This document shows positions 35,531 to 46,600 of a stretch of 64,000 nt of DNA, piece by piece. Position 1 is the stretch's first letter; every line of letters begins with the position of its first letter. Where the stretch lies: assembly GCA_004764695.1 (NCBI GenBank), contig SMSO01000014.1:1855648-1919647 (forward strand). Reading direction: 5' to 3'. Position numbers and translations under genes: made by a program. This DNA is from Schizochytrium sp. TIO01. Taxonomy: Eukaryota; Protista; Bigyra: Labyrinthulomycetes. Under the pieces are notes generated by a model that had not been told where the DNA came from, ran no database searches, and was given only the letters and a program-made list of their open reading frames with translations.

Positions 35531-36370
35531 TTAGTCGAGATGAGCTCCGTATCCCAAAGAGCGTGGCTTCCTAGAGGAAGAGAACGTGCGACGGCACCAA
35601 AGAAGAGTGTTTGCAAGCATGCCAAGGATTAAGAACACTCCAGCAAGTGCTATACCCTTAGTGAAAGGCGAAAGTGCGATAAATCTAGAGGCCCCTAACT
35701 TCGCGCTCTTGACAATCCATCTCTGCCATGTTGCAAACGCTAAAAGTGCCCTTTCTTGGGCAGAAGTAGAAGCCGACGACGAAGACGAAGATCCACTTGC
35801 ATCTTCTCTGACACCAAAAGCACTAGGATCTACAGACCCATCGTAGCAAACATCCGGGCTGAGTGAAAGACCTGCATTTGCACATAACGCTTTTCCAGAG
35901 GGTACAAAATCTTCAAGTTTCGAGCACACAAGAGCATTGTCAAGACACGGGACGAGAGAAGCCGTTGAGCTCTTAGAAACTGGCATAGATGCGAAGAACT
36001 CCCCTTTGCAAGCCTCAAACCACGTCTCGCATGTGCTCGTGCAGATGGATCTCTTCTTACCTAAACCTACCTCAGGATCGCATGCCATGCACAACACAGT
36101 TTCGAACATAGCAGAACATTCAGGTTTAAAATTTGCACGTTGTGTAGCAGCCCATAAAGCATACAATGCGTCAGTGTCGGTCCTTGAGCAGCATGTTTTG
36201 CGCTCAAACCTTGAGCACAGGGGAAGGCCACGCCAGCGCCACTGTGGCGGAAGACCATTTGAGCACAACTCGGACGAGAACTGCTCAGCGGAAGCCTCTA
36301 GCGCTACAAGCGATAGAACCAAAGCTAGCAGCACTACCCTAGCAGCTGCCGAGGCTATCAGCGGAACCAT
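35531..36370 (-). CDS. Folate-receptor-family (Folate_rec) cysteine-rich membrane protein
   Basis: Signal peptide (VVLLALVLSLVALEASA); Cys pattern LCSRFERKTCC...C..MFETVLCMACDP.VG....IC.STC..WF.AC..EFF; C-terminal TM GIALAGVFLILGMLANTLLW. Confidence 0.8.
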   Translation of the reverse strand: MVPLIASAAARVVLLALVLSLVALEASAEQFSSELCSNGLPPQWRWRGLPLCSRFERKTCCSRTDTDALYALWAATQRANFKPECSAMFETVLCMACDPEVGLGKKRSICTSTCETWFEACKGEFFASMPVSKSSTASLVPCLDNALVCSKLEDFVPSGKALCANAGLSLSPDVCYDGSVDPSAFGVREDASGSSSSSSASTSAQERALLAFATWQRWIVKSAKLGASRFIALSPFTKGIALAGVFLILGMLANTLLWCRRTFSSSRKPRSLGYGAHLD

Positions 36371-37246
36371 ATCTAAAAGGTCTGGCAGAATCTGTAGAGC
36401 GACTCCGTTTTGCCAAGCAACTCTTTGACGTCAATGATCATCTTCATGTTGATGTTATGGTAGTTTCCATTATATCTATTACTGGTTTAATATTGCCAAC
36501 TCACTTGGCACAATAGTCGTCTGCTCTACTTGTTTATTTTTATAACTCACTTTGTTGTCACTATACTTCACTTTTATGAATCGAGCACATTGTTTGAACA
36601 AATGAACTTATTTTACTATTCTATCAAAGCTCGAGCGAACCTCGGTTAGCATAGGAAACTTGGCTCCGGATAAATATCCAAAGAATCCCCGCTCATCGAC
36701 CTCAGTACCTATAATACTTTGAGATTTTCATAATACCATGGTGAGGTTTTCACCGATTTGGGTAGTAAAATATCCGATTTCATAATTAAATCACACTCCA
36801 ACCCCTTCTCACCATATTTCTCTAGTTTACTAGCAAGGAAGTCCTCACATTCGTGCTACTTGGGCTGCGCGGTAGACAACAATTTCGCTTTAATAAAACG
36901 TTTGCGTAGGGACATATGTCTAGCAGGCGAGACGAAGCGCTCTTCACCGCGGGGGTCATTGATTGCCACAATGCGTATAGTTAGTTATAAATAGATTTCC
37001 ACAATTCGTATAGACTCCCAATGTCTTGAACTGCCTAATCATGAAAAGAATATACCCTCACATAAAATGGTATTATACACTAGGATGTACATCAAGTTGA
37101 TATGGTGGCTCAAAGAATTTGGGGTGTATATAAAACCTTATTGCAAAATCGTGGCGAATGCAATGTGTGGCACTGTGAATTGCTAATGCGATGCCCGTGT
37201 GGCGTGAATTCTTTCGCGTCATCGAGGGCGTCTGAAGACTAAAAAT

Positions 37247-38656
37247 ATGGGCGGGGCAGAAGAACACCCTCTCGGCGTGAAGCCCGCGTCAAATGCGCTA
37301 ATTCTGAGCTCTGAGGAGGCCTCGAGAGTGCTCTTAGGACGGTTTGGACTTGGTCGGCTGGCTGGCGTGCCTGAGGACGTTTTGCTGAAGGTGCTTGGAC
37401 TTTTGGACGTAGCGGACTTGGCGAGGTTTTCGATATGCTCAAGACTTGCATATACATTCGCTTCAGCAGACTTTTTATGGAAAGATTTAGCTCTTGGCTC
37501 TTGGAACCCTGCAGAGGATTTTGACTTCAGAGGCTCCTGGCGACTTAGCGTTCTACACTCGGATGCAAAATACACCTCAGACCGAGGAGCAATCGTTCTC
37601 AGCGATGCACTGTTTAGACCATTCCATTACGGAAACCTTGACCCAGATTCTAATTGGCTCAAGCGTCAGGAAATTGAGGTTCGCGATGCTGATGAGGGTT
37701 TCTCTGTGGATGACTTCGTGCGAGACTTTGAGATCCCGAACCGTCCAGTTCTTATCAAAAATGCCCTGCGAAAGTCATGGAAGGCATATGAGGCGTGGGG
37801 TGACAAACCCTTGTGCTCCGGACGCAGACCAAGTCTTCGCGTGCTGGAGGGCGAGAGCAAACCCTTTCGCGTAGGCCCTGTTGATATGCGCTTATGCGAT
37901 TTCCTCCAATACTCCGAGCTCCAGAGCGAAGAAGATCCCCTTTACCTCTTTGATTGCAAGTTTGCTGATCGAGTCAACCGCCTCAGCACAGACTATGAGG
38001 TCCCTATTTACTTCAGAAACACCGAGACACACCCAGCAAGAGACATGTTTGAGGCCATGGGATCAGAGCGACGACCAGATTATCGCTGGCTCATTGCTGG
38101 AGCAGCTCGCAGTGGGAGTAAGTGGCACGTGGATCCTAATGGCACGCATGCCTGGAATGCCATTATCTCTGGCTCGAAGCGTTGGATCATGTACCCTCCG
38201 AACTCGCCGCCGCCAGGTGTAACGCCAAGTGATGATGGCGCTGATGTAACGCAACCAGTCTCGCTCATGGAGTGGTATGTACAATTCTACGATAAGCAGT
38301 GCGCCCCCGTGGAGTTCACAGCCGAAGCTGGGGACCTTGTGTTCGTACCTTCAAGATGGTGGCACTGCGTTCTTAATCTTGATGCCTGCGTCGCTATGAC
38401 ACAAAACTATATTTCAAGCTCTAACTTGCGTTCATCACTTCGTCTGATGCGGGATCGCCCTCACCAGGTTTCGGGATTAGCTCAAGGCCGCTCGCGCAAG
38501 GAGCTCTATGAAGAGTTTCGGAAGGCTCTGGAGAAGCATCATAGAGGTCTTTTGGAGGCGTTTGATGATGATGAAGCCGAGCTTGAGCGTCGTAAAAAGG
38601 CACGTACCGTCTCGCGGGCACCTGAAGACTTGGCCTTTTCCTTCTCGTTCTTCTAA
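37247..38656 (+). CDS. F-box + JmjC domain protein (JMJD6-like 2OG/Fe dioxygenase)
   Basis: F-box LAGVPEDVLLKVLGLLDVADLARFSICSR..LWK. JmjC motifs PLYLFD and RPDYRWLIAGAARSGSKWHVDPNGTHAWNA, with HxD and the distal His (WWHCVLNL) intact. Confidence 0.93.
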   Translation: MGGAEEHPLGVKPASNALILSSEEASRVLLGRFGLGRLAGVPEDVLLKVLGLLDVADLARFSICSRLAYTFASADFLWKDLALGSWNPAEDFDFRGSWRLSVLHSDAKYTSDRGAIVLSDALFRPFHYGNLDPDSNWLKRQEIEVRDADEGFSVDDFVRDFEIPNRPVLIKNALRKSWKAYEAWGDKPLCSGRRPSLRVLEGESKPFRVGPVDMRLCDFLQYSELQSEEDPLYLFDCKFADRVNRLSTDYEVPIYFRNTETHPARDMFEAMGSERRPDYRWLIAGAARSGSKWHVDPNGTHAWNAIISGSKRWIMYPPNSPPPGVTPSDDGADVTQPVSLMEWYVQFYDKQCAPVEFTAEAGDLVFVPSRWWHCVLNLDACVAMTQNYISSSNLRSSLRLMRDRPHQVSGLAQGRSRKELYEEFRKALEKHHRGLLEAFDDDEAELERRKKARTVSRAPEDLAFSFSFF

Positions 38657-39187
38657 GACATCCAACGCAAGATTTTGTTACCTAGCTAGCTAGCAAGCTA
38701 ATTTGACTAAACGAGTACATTGTGGAGTACAATGTTCAGTTTGTGTTACTACGATCGCTTGTTAGTCTCCTCAAACATTTAGCCATTTGGGTTTGAGCGA
38801 CCTTGCACCTAGCAACATGATCTAATGAAAGAGACTTTGGACTAAACAATACATAACAACTAATAGACATACTTTTTCATGCGCTGTGCTATACCGATTT
38901 GTCTTCAATAAAAGAATGTACAGAGTCGATAAGTTGGTTAAATCAAACACAAAAAACTGCATGCTGCTAAGAAAGTTCAAGCAATCTTTACAACCCCCCT
39001 AAAAGGGATACTATATCATGTTTCCATACGCGTTATTAACCTGCATAGAACTTCAGTTCACTTGAGTAAAGGAATTTCAAGAAGCAGCAGAGATACAGGA
39101 TGACTCTCCATACATTGGGAATATCTCAGGAGAAAAACCTGGGTATGGGAAAAAAGATCACGATGAAGAAAAGAAAGAATAATTAAA

Positions 39188-40132
39188 TTAGCAATCAGAG
39201 ATGTCGGCGGCAGTGCGGTACAGCTTGGCCATATCATCCTTCGCAAAGGGCCGAAAGGGGTCGGAGCAAACAGCGAAGCGGACGTTGCGACCAGGAGCGC
39301 CAAGGTCAACTGCGCTTTTGATATAAGTAGCTATCGTGGTGCGAGAAACAACTGGCGCCAAGGGGATGTGCTTGAAGTTGTCGCAATGTCCCACCTGAGT
39401 ACCCAAATGCAAATTTTGATCCGTCAAACCGCACGGTTTGATGATGGTGAAGTAAAGCCCTGATTGCATAAGAACTGCTTCCGCATTGAGCTTGTAGAAT
39501 AGTGTATGTCCGTCACCAATCTTATCCAACATTCCATCAGGCACGGTGGTGCCCATGGAGGACACCAATACGATATGCTTGACGCCCTGGGCCTTCGCCT
39601 CGAGTATTTGGTTTACAGTACCACGCCAATCAATATCTTTGGGCGTGGCACCATCTGGGTAGTAGTAATGTCCCTTGCCATCTTGTAGAGGGAAAGATGC
39701 TGTGAGAATAACAAGCCCTGAAGCGCCCCGCAGGGCCTTAGAGAGAGTTTTCCTGGACGTCACATCTCCAATGAAGATACCGTCAGCCTCTGTGCAGTTT
39801 CCACAGTTTAACAGCGACTTAGCTTTTGTAGCATTCCGTACAAGAGCCCTTGTTTGCACATTCTGCACGCTCTCAAGTGCCTCAAACGCCAGCTGTCCTG
39901 TACGGCCTGTTGCGCCGCTTACAACCCAGATGCCGGCATCCCCGTTTTCTGGGTTGGCTTCGAAATCATTTGTCATATCCAAAGCATCGAAGGAAGCCTT
40001 AGACCCGAGGATCTCCAGCGCCTCATGTCCATGGTCCGATAGCTCGCCGCGAAGAACTTTGGCGCCGGAGCTCGAGGCAGGCAGTGACGCAACCGCCAGG
40101 AACAGCGCCAGAGACACTGATACGACCTTCAT
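39188..40132 (-). CDS. Atypical SDR / NAD(P)-binding Rossmann protein (NAD_binding_10-like) with signal peptide
   Basis: VVSGATGRTG dinucleotide-binding loop; DIDWRGTVNQI..AK..GVKHIVLVSSMG; YK..AE..L..SGL.FTIIKPCGL; hydrophobic leader MKVVSVSLALFLAVASLPASS. Confidence 0.85.
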   Translation of the reverse strand: MKVVSVSLALFLAVASLPASSSGAKVLRGELSDHGHEALEILGSKASFDALDMTNDFEANPENGDAGIWVVSGATGRTGQLAFEALESVQNVQTRALVRNATKAKSLLNCGNCTEADGIFIGDVTSRKTLSKALRGASGLVILTASFPLQDGKGHYYYPDGATPKDIDWRGTVNQILEAKAQGVKHIVLVSSMGTTVPDGMLDKIGDGHTLFYKLNAEAVLMQSGLYFTIIKPCGLTDQNLHLGTQVGHCDNFKHIPLAPVVSRTTIATYIKSAVDLGAPGRNVRFAVCSDPFRPFAKDDMAKLYRTAADISDC

Positions 40133-41184
40133 CGGAGTCTTGCGGCGGATCTTGAGAGCGGAGTGTTTATGGTACTCGAGATTCAGGTTTGGATTCAGAT
40201 TGTTTAAGACCTGATTTTCTAAACACTCAAGTATTAATTAACAAACCTTAGCGAGTTTTACTATACCCCTGTCGGCAAAACATTAGAGTTTGATTGATTA
40301 TGCAGAGTATCTCCGCACTAAAGCGTGACGAGGGTAGTCTGACAAAATTGCCCAATGTTTCTCCTTTATCTGAGGATCGAGGTCAACACGGTACGAACGC
40401 GACAAAGCTTTGAGAAATATTCACGAAACCTGCGATGAAGCGAAGAGGTGAGAACATTTAAAAATAGAATGTTAGCAAGAACATCCATTGATTCCGGAAT
40501 CACCATCATTGACGATCTAAACCTGCTAGGTGGCATTTCAGTCCGCTGTAGACGTCAAAGCAGTTTAACTCTGAAGCGAAAGCTATGTGAATCTCCATGT
40601 TACGCAGACAGATAAGCTCTATCTGGAGCACAGCAGCGTCAAGCAATCATTAGCGTGTGCTGCCCACTATCTCTGTGAGATAATGGGCAGGGTGCGAATT
40701 GCTAGTAAGTCGCATTCAAGGTGCGCTCCTCCCATCTATAAACTAGATTTTAAATACGGGCTAGCGTATTTTTACCAAATTCGCAATGTTGAACTCTCAT
40801 ACAAAAAGATTTTATATGTTTAGAAGCATTGTTTCTTCTTTCCGAAAAAATTTAGGGAACTAGGTAGGTATCTTTGAGCCTTGCCTAATTTCATAGCCGA
40901 TAAATGGATCAACCTTTCAAGGAAATCGAAAATAACAAAATTGGAATTTACTCCTTACAAATAAAAATAAACTCAAGAGGACGTGTCTACAGATAAACTC
41001 TTGCGCTTTGTTCTAGAAGGATGAAGCACGTAAGACATTGCTATTTATCTCTGCACGAATGCCTATGCTCTGAACAGCAAATAGCAGTAAATAAATGGTG
41101 ATATAGGGAGGTAGTTGGATCTTAATACTATATGATAGAAACTGCCAAACTTTACCTTTTACAGGGTCAAACCCTCCACTAATT

Positions 41185-42324
41185 TCATTTTTTAGTAAAA
41201 CGCAAGGGGTTAAAGGGAGTAAGATCAACATCTGTGGAGTTCTTCAACAGAATATCTGCAAGTACTTGACCTGTAATTGGACCCCAAAGAATGCCCCAGC
41301 AGTTATGGCCAGTGCCAATGAGAAGATCATTAGACTTTGGGTTTACGGGGCCAATCATTGGAACGGCATCGTCCGTGCAAGGGCGTAGGCAACACTGCAA
41401 TTGGGTTTTATTATCCTCTCCAGAAAGGCCTAGTGTAATGTGATCGAACGACTTCTTCACGAGCGGGATTCGTGACTCGTTAGGCTTGACGTCATCAGGG
41501 CCAATGGTCTGCAAAACATCCTTTGAAACATTTGGGCTTCCACCAAACCCACAAACATAAACAGTGTTGTCAGGGCGCGGGTACAGTTCCAAATGGCATC
41601 CTTGCGCATCTGAACCACAAAAGCATGCAGTTGGTTTAATTTCCTGGCCTTCAGCTGCATGAACAATCATGCTGCTACTGGCAATACCCACCATTGGCAC
41701 CCGCAGGCGGTTTTGGCCAACCCAGTCCTCAGCATCGACTGCCCAGGGACCCATGGCAAGAACTACCTTAGCACCACATATATCTTCGGCATCGCCTTCA
41801 AGACGAACCTTGAAGCCACCACTGTCAAGGCGTTCCAGCCCAGAAGCCTTTGCAATAACAAGTTTAGCCCCGGCCTCTTCAGCCTTACTCCACATTTTTG
41901 TGACAAGTTCGTGAGGAGTGACTTGCGCAGTGTTTTCATCCATCATTTTGCACTTTGTAGTGGCAGCATCGAGCAAAACCTCCTGCACGTTATACTTGAA
42001 GGGCGGCACGGACGATTTTGCAGCGTTATCTTTTACGCTGACCTCGACTGTTGGGAGTTTGCGGTATGAGCTGAGCATAAGATCGGTAGCGAGCTGTTCA
42101 TGAAGATCAAATCCTCGTTCATGAAGTTCTTGAGTCTGACCTGGTTGTCCCCAGTCGCGAGCAAGGAAGCCTCCAGCTTTACCCGAAGCAGCTGCAGCGA
42201 TTCGGGCGCGTTCCACGAGCACGACACCGTCTGCAAGACCGTTTTTGGCCAAAAAGTACGCGGTGGAGACGCCAATGATACCTCCACCGACAATAATTAC
42301 TTTGGCGTGTGCTTCTTCACTCAT
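41185..42324 (-). CDS. FAD-dependent oxidoreductase, DAO family (yeast TDA3-like)
   Basis: VIIVGGGIIGVSTAYFL; AAASGKAGGFLARDW; LELYPRPD; CLRPCTDDAVPMIG; GTGHNCWGILWGPITG. Confidence 0.9.
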   Translation of the reverse strand: MSEEAHAKVIIVGGGIIGVSTAYFLAKNGLADGVVLVERARIAAAASGKAGGFLARDWGQPGQTQELHERGFDLHEQLATDLMLSSYRKLPTVEVSVKDNAAKSSVPPFKYNVQEVLLDAATTKCKMMDENTAQVTPHELVTKMWSKAEEAGAKLVIAKASGLERLDSGGFKVRLEGDAEDICGAKVVLAMGPWAVDAEDWVGQNRLRVPMVGIASSSMIVHAAEGQEIKPTACFCGSDAQGCHLELYPRPDNTVYVCGFGGSPNVSKDVLQTIGPDDVKPNESRIPLVKKSFDHITLGLSGEDNKTQLQCCLRPCTDDAVPMIGPVNPKSNDLLIGTGHNCWGILWGPITGQVLADILLKNSTDVDLTPFNPLRFTKK

Positions 42325-43645
42325 CGTTGGTACTTTTAAGCTTTGTTGTGTTGCACCAGAAACTATCCAAAACTTTCAGTTACCTTTGGAGATGCAAACA
42401 GACGTGAACTCAAGCTTAAAGATCTTAACCGGACTTATAGAAGCCCAGTTCTCCTTTGCACCTTGGGGTCGCGTGAGATCTGTCCTCAGACTTTCCCTTC
42501 TGGCTATGGCGCCTACAAGGTACCACTTCGTCCTTGGTCAAATCTAAGTCGTTTGGAACGTTTCCTGGTAACGCGGGCTTTCGTGAACTTTGGTTATAGC
42601 GTCTCTACTCCTGTATGGCGGATACTCTTCGCTCCGCCTCACGTCACCAAGTCCGTCTGGAGGATCACTTTGCGTTCTATATTTGATTGATCCATCTCTC
42701 AAATTCGTTATCCAAGCGTTGACTCTTCCTTTCTGGCATATTAAGTTGGACCTCTTTACCTCATTTTACTTACATGATAAAAAGCCAATCAATGAACTGC
42801 TTTACCGATAGACATACTATACAGTATAACTCTCTATAACCTACTTTCCAAGTCTATAACTCTCTGTATCTCCGCGCTGCTTTTCCTATTCCCTCTAAAC
42901 AAACCCTCTCATTTGTTATATCCTCGTTATTATTACTTTGCTCCTAGGATATAGCTTAGCAAGTGCCTACTGGCTGGCCAAAACATGTATGACTCAATAG
43001 GCACTATTATCACTACTACGAAGTCCTAAGAGAGTGTCTTTGTCACAGCCATACTGAAGAACCCGCTCTTGATACACACTCAATGGAGCAAGCCATCCTC
43101 CACGCACATCGATTCATAAAATACACGGGAGCAGCACTTGGACCCTACAAGCAACGCATTTTGGTGAAATAACCGTTGATCGCTATGGCTTGAGGTTCTG
43201 CCCAAGTTTAATCAAAAGATGGAGAGGATTTGCCTCTGGTTGATTGTAGGCCTAATGTGATGATAAATGCGAAGCTCCTTTTGCTAGTACCTCGTTAGGC
43301 AGGGCTAGTAGATAAGGGGAATAAGAGGAAGAGGGAAATAAATATGAATGACAAATCAGTTATATATAAATGAAGCAGTGTTTATTTAGTTGCCTACCCA
43401 ATTAACTATGTAATGGTAATGCGACTACAATTGATGAATGAATGAGAAGCTATGATAAAGAAGTGAGGTGATAATAAGATAAAATAAACAGATGAGCGAA
43501 TCGATGAATATAATTGAAGAAGAAGAAGAGGAAAATTGATGAATTGAGCGATTGAACTTCGTACGTCAAAAAAGTTCAATTCGTGATCGATCTTGCCGCT
43601 TGAGCCTCTGTTGTTCGCTCGCGGCTGGGTTGGGCGTGAGAGAGG

Positions 43646-46600
43646 ATGGAGGTCGTCGAGCAGCGGCTCGCCGTCCGCGTGGACCTCGCCCGTGAGCGTC
43701 TTGAGGGATGCACTGAGTTGCTCGTGTGCCGGCGTCGCGATGGATTCCATGCAGCGCTCGCGACGGCTTCGATCTCAGCGCAGAATTTGCAGAAAACCGC
43801 TACAAAAGACAAAGTCCCATCTGCGGACTCTGCAAACGGGAAGCCCACAACTAATGCTGGCAATTCTTCTTCAGCGAGCGCGACGTCTACGCTGGGATCG
43901 TCAAAATTCCAGACAAGCCAAACTGATGATTGGGATTCAAGCAAGAAACTTGTCATGAACTGTAGGCAATGCTCAATCGAAAACATTTACGTGAATGGCG
44001 TTTCCGCTCGGTGGAAACTGCACGAGTTCATGAAGAAGATTGTGGTAGAAGGTAACGTTCGTGACCTCAAAACCTTTTATGCATTCATGACCGAAAATCT
44101 TCTTGCCAGCAAAGATGGAGAACTATCCATCGAGATTCCAGCTTCAGAAATCTCCAAAGATCGTCTTACTGTTCGGATTGAGTATCATCTAGAGAGACCC
44201 AAAGCCGGCCTTAGATTTTCAGGGTGCGGCCCACACAATGCGGAAGGAAAGTGGTCGTATGAGCGCGGAAGCAATGATAAAAAACACCATTCGTATGTTT
44301 ACTCGTACTCCTCGATGTGCTCAGCAGAAACGCTGGGAGCGGCCTGTGGAGCACGGTGTTGGTTCCCGTGTGTGGACACGTTGCAGGCAAAATATCCCTT
44401 TGAACTTGAGGTCACTGCTCCGCTAGGGCTCACAGTTATCGCGAGCGGCGAGCGTGTGGAAACAATTGTCAATGAGGCCAATAGCGAGCAGACCGTTCGG
44501 TTTGTACACAATGACCCTATTGCGCCATACAATATCGGCTTCTGTGTTGGCCCCTTTGTAGAGCGACCTGCGCCTAATGCCGAGTGGATTAGGATATACC
44601 ACTTTCCCGATGCTGCAAGCAAGACTGCGCTCCGCAAGGTCACTGCGAATCTTAAGGCGGCACTTGTGCACATGATTCGGTACTTTGGCGTGGATAAATT
44701 CCCATACCCGACATACTCACAAGTTTTTATCGCTCAAGAAGACGCATTTGCAGATGTCGTGCCCTTTGCTTCGATGGCATTTATTTCTGAAGGAATCTTG
44801 CGTACAGAAAGATCGCCCACTCCAGACTCTTCTGCAGGTGCAGGCCTCATGTTCGGCAAACATTTGCATTACGAACAAGCACGAGGTGCTGCCTATAGCT
44901 TTTTTGGAGGTCGTGTGGGTCCCAAGAGCGAAGGTGATGTTTGGCTTGTTGCTGGGCTTGCTGGTTTGCTCGCCTATAGATACGCCGAGGCAACCTGGAA
45001 GCAAGCCGAGTACACCCCTCCTCAACCAACGAAGCAAGGAAACAAGATGGTTAAGCCTCGTGTTCCACCAATGAACCCGCCCCTTGCCTCAAAAGCGCGT
45101 GAGGAACATGTTTTTGTTGGTAGTACTGATCCAAGAGAATTGCTTACTCAACCATTTACTCGAATGAAGCAAGCTAAACGTCGCCATGAAGCTGTGTTGC
45201 AGTGGCATGGACCTAGTGGAAATGTGTTGCAGCGGCCATTGCAGAGGCCCTCGCCTGTATCAGATCCGGTCAACAGCTGCCTCTGGGCTGCGCGTGGCAT
45301 TGATTTTGATTGTTTGCTTTCTCAACGCGCTACAACTACTATTCACATGCTTGATAAGGCAGCTAATATGGGTGGCCTTGAGGAAGACGACCTTGGTCGG
45401 GATGATCCATTTGCTGGTGTACTTCGCCATTATCTGACTACCGCACTTGAGGAAGATGCGCAGCATCGTGAATGGGTCAGACACGGCACCATACCTACCG
45501 TGGAGTATGCAAGACCTGTCACGAGCGAATTTGGTGATGTCGATCTTGGTGACGACCTTCAAAGACAACTGAATCGGGAGTATGGATCAACTGGCATTAC
45601 AGAATACGACTTTTTGCTTCATATGTGCCGAATTTCAGCTTTCAAGCCTGCCGATTTCCGAGCTGGTGACAAAGATAACTTTGCAGCATATTGGTTGCGA
45701 AGATGCACTTTTATAGAACTTCGTGCTGCTGTTGAGTACAAGTCGGGTACCAACGAACTTGAATTTATGTTTGCACAGCGTGGTGATGATCGTTTACAAG
45801 CCGTGAAGTTCCCCTTAGCTATTCGTGTTGTAGAGGAGGATGACACCTGGCAGTATGAAAAGCGGATTACCAAGGGCACTGCTCGTGACCCCCAAAAGGA
45901 AACTATTGCCATGCATACTTCCCGCCAGCGTCAAAGAGGTGGTCGTAAAGCACGAACTGAAAAGGAGCGTATTAACAAGTGGGAAAATCCAGCTACTCTT
46001 ACTACCAAGGAGCTTCTCACACTCATGGGCCTTGAAGGCGATGACCGTGTCTGGCATAATGAGAACCCTGTGAAGTATGTTGTTCTAGATCCTGAGTTCA
46101 TTTGGCCTCGTCAAATTGCTTGGAGGCAGTCTGAAATCATGAATCTTGAACTTCTCAGCGATTCTAGCCTCAGCAAAGATGTACTGGCTCAAACCCAAGC
46201 ACTTCGTGACCTCAGCTTGTCTCGCTCCGCGACAGATCATTTGGTATCACGCCCTGGCGGCCAGTCACAATCTGGTGGTGGCAGCGGCACAGCAGCGGGT
46301 ACTGCAAGTACAACTACCGGAGCGAGTGGAGGAGGGGAGAGCTCGTCCTCCATGTCTGCAGAGGCCGCCTTTGACCTACGTAATCTTTGCGCAATCTCAG
46401 CATGCATTCTTGATTATCAACGACCCGCACGGGTGCGTGCGGAGGCCATGCTATCGCTCGCGGAGTGGCAGTCACAGCATGCACCTAAGGTAGCCTATCA
46501 GCCTCAGTATGCCAACTTGCAACTTGAGCAACAACCAGGCTCGCACCCTTGGGTTGCTCTGAACCTCGCACTGCTTGCGATTCGTAAGATGTTTTTTCAT

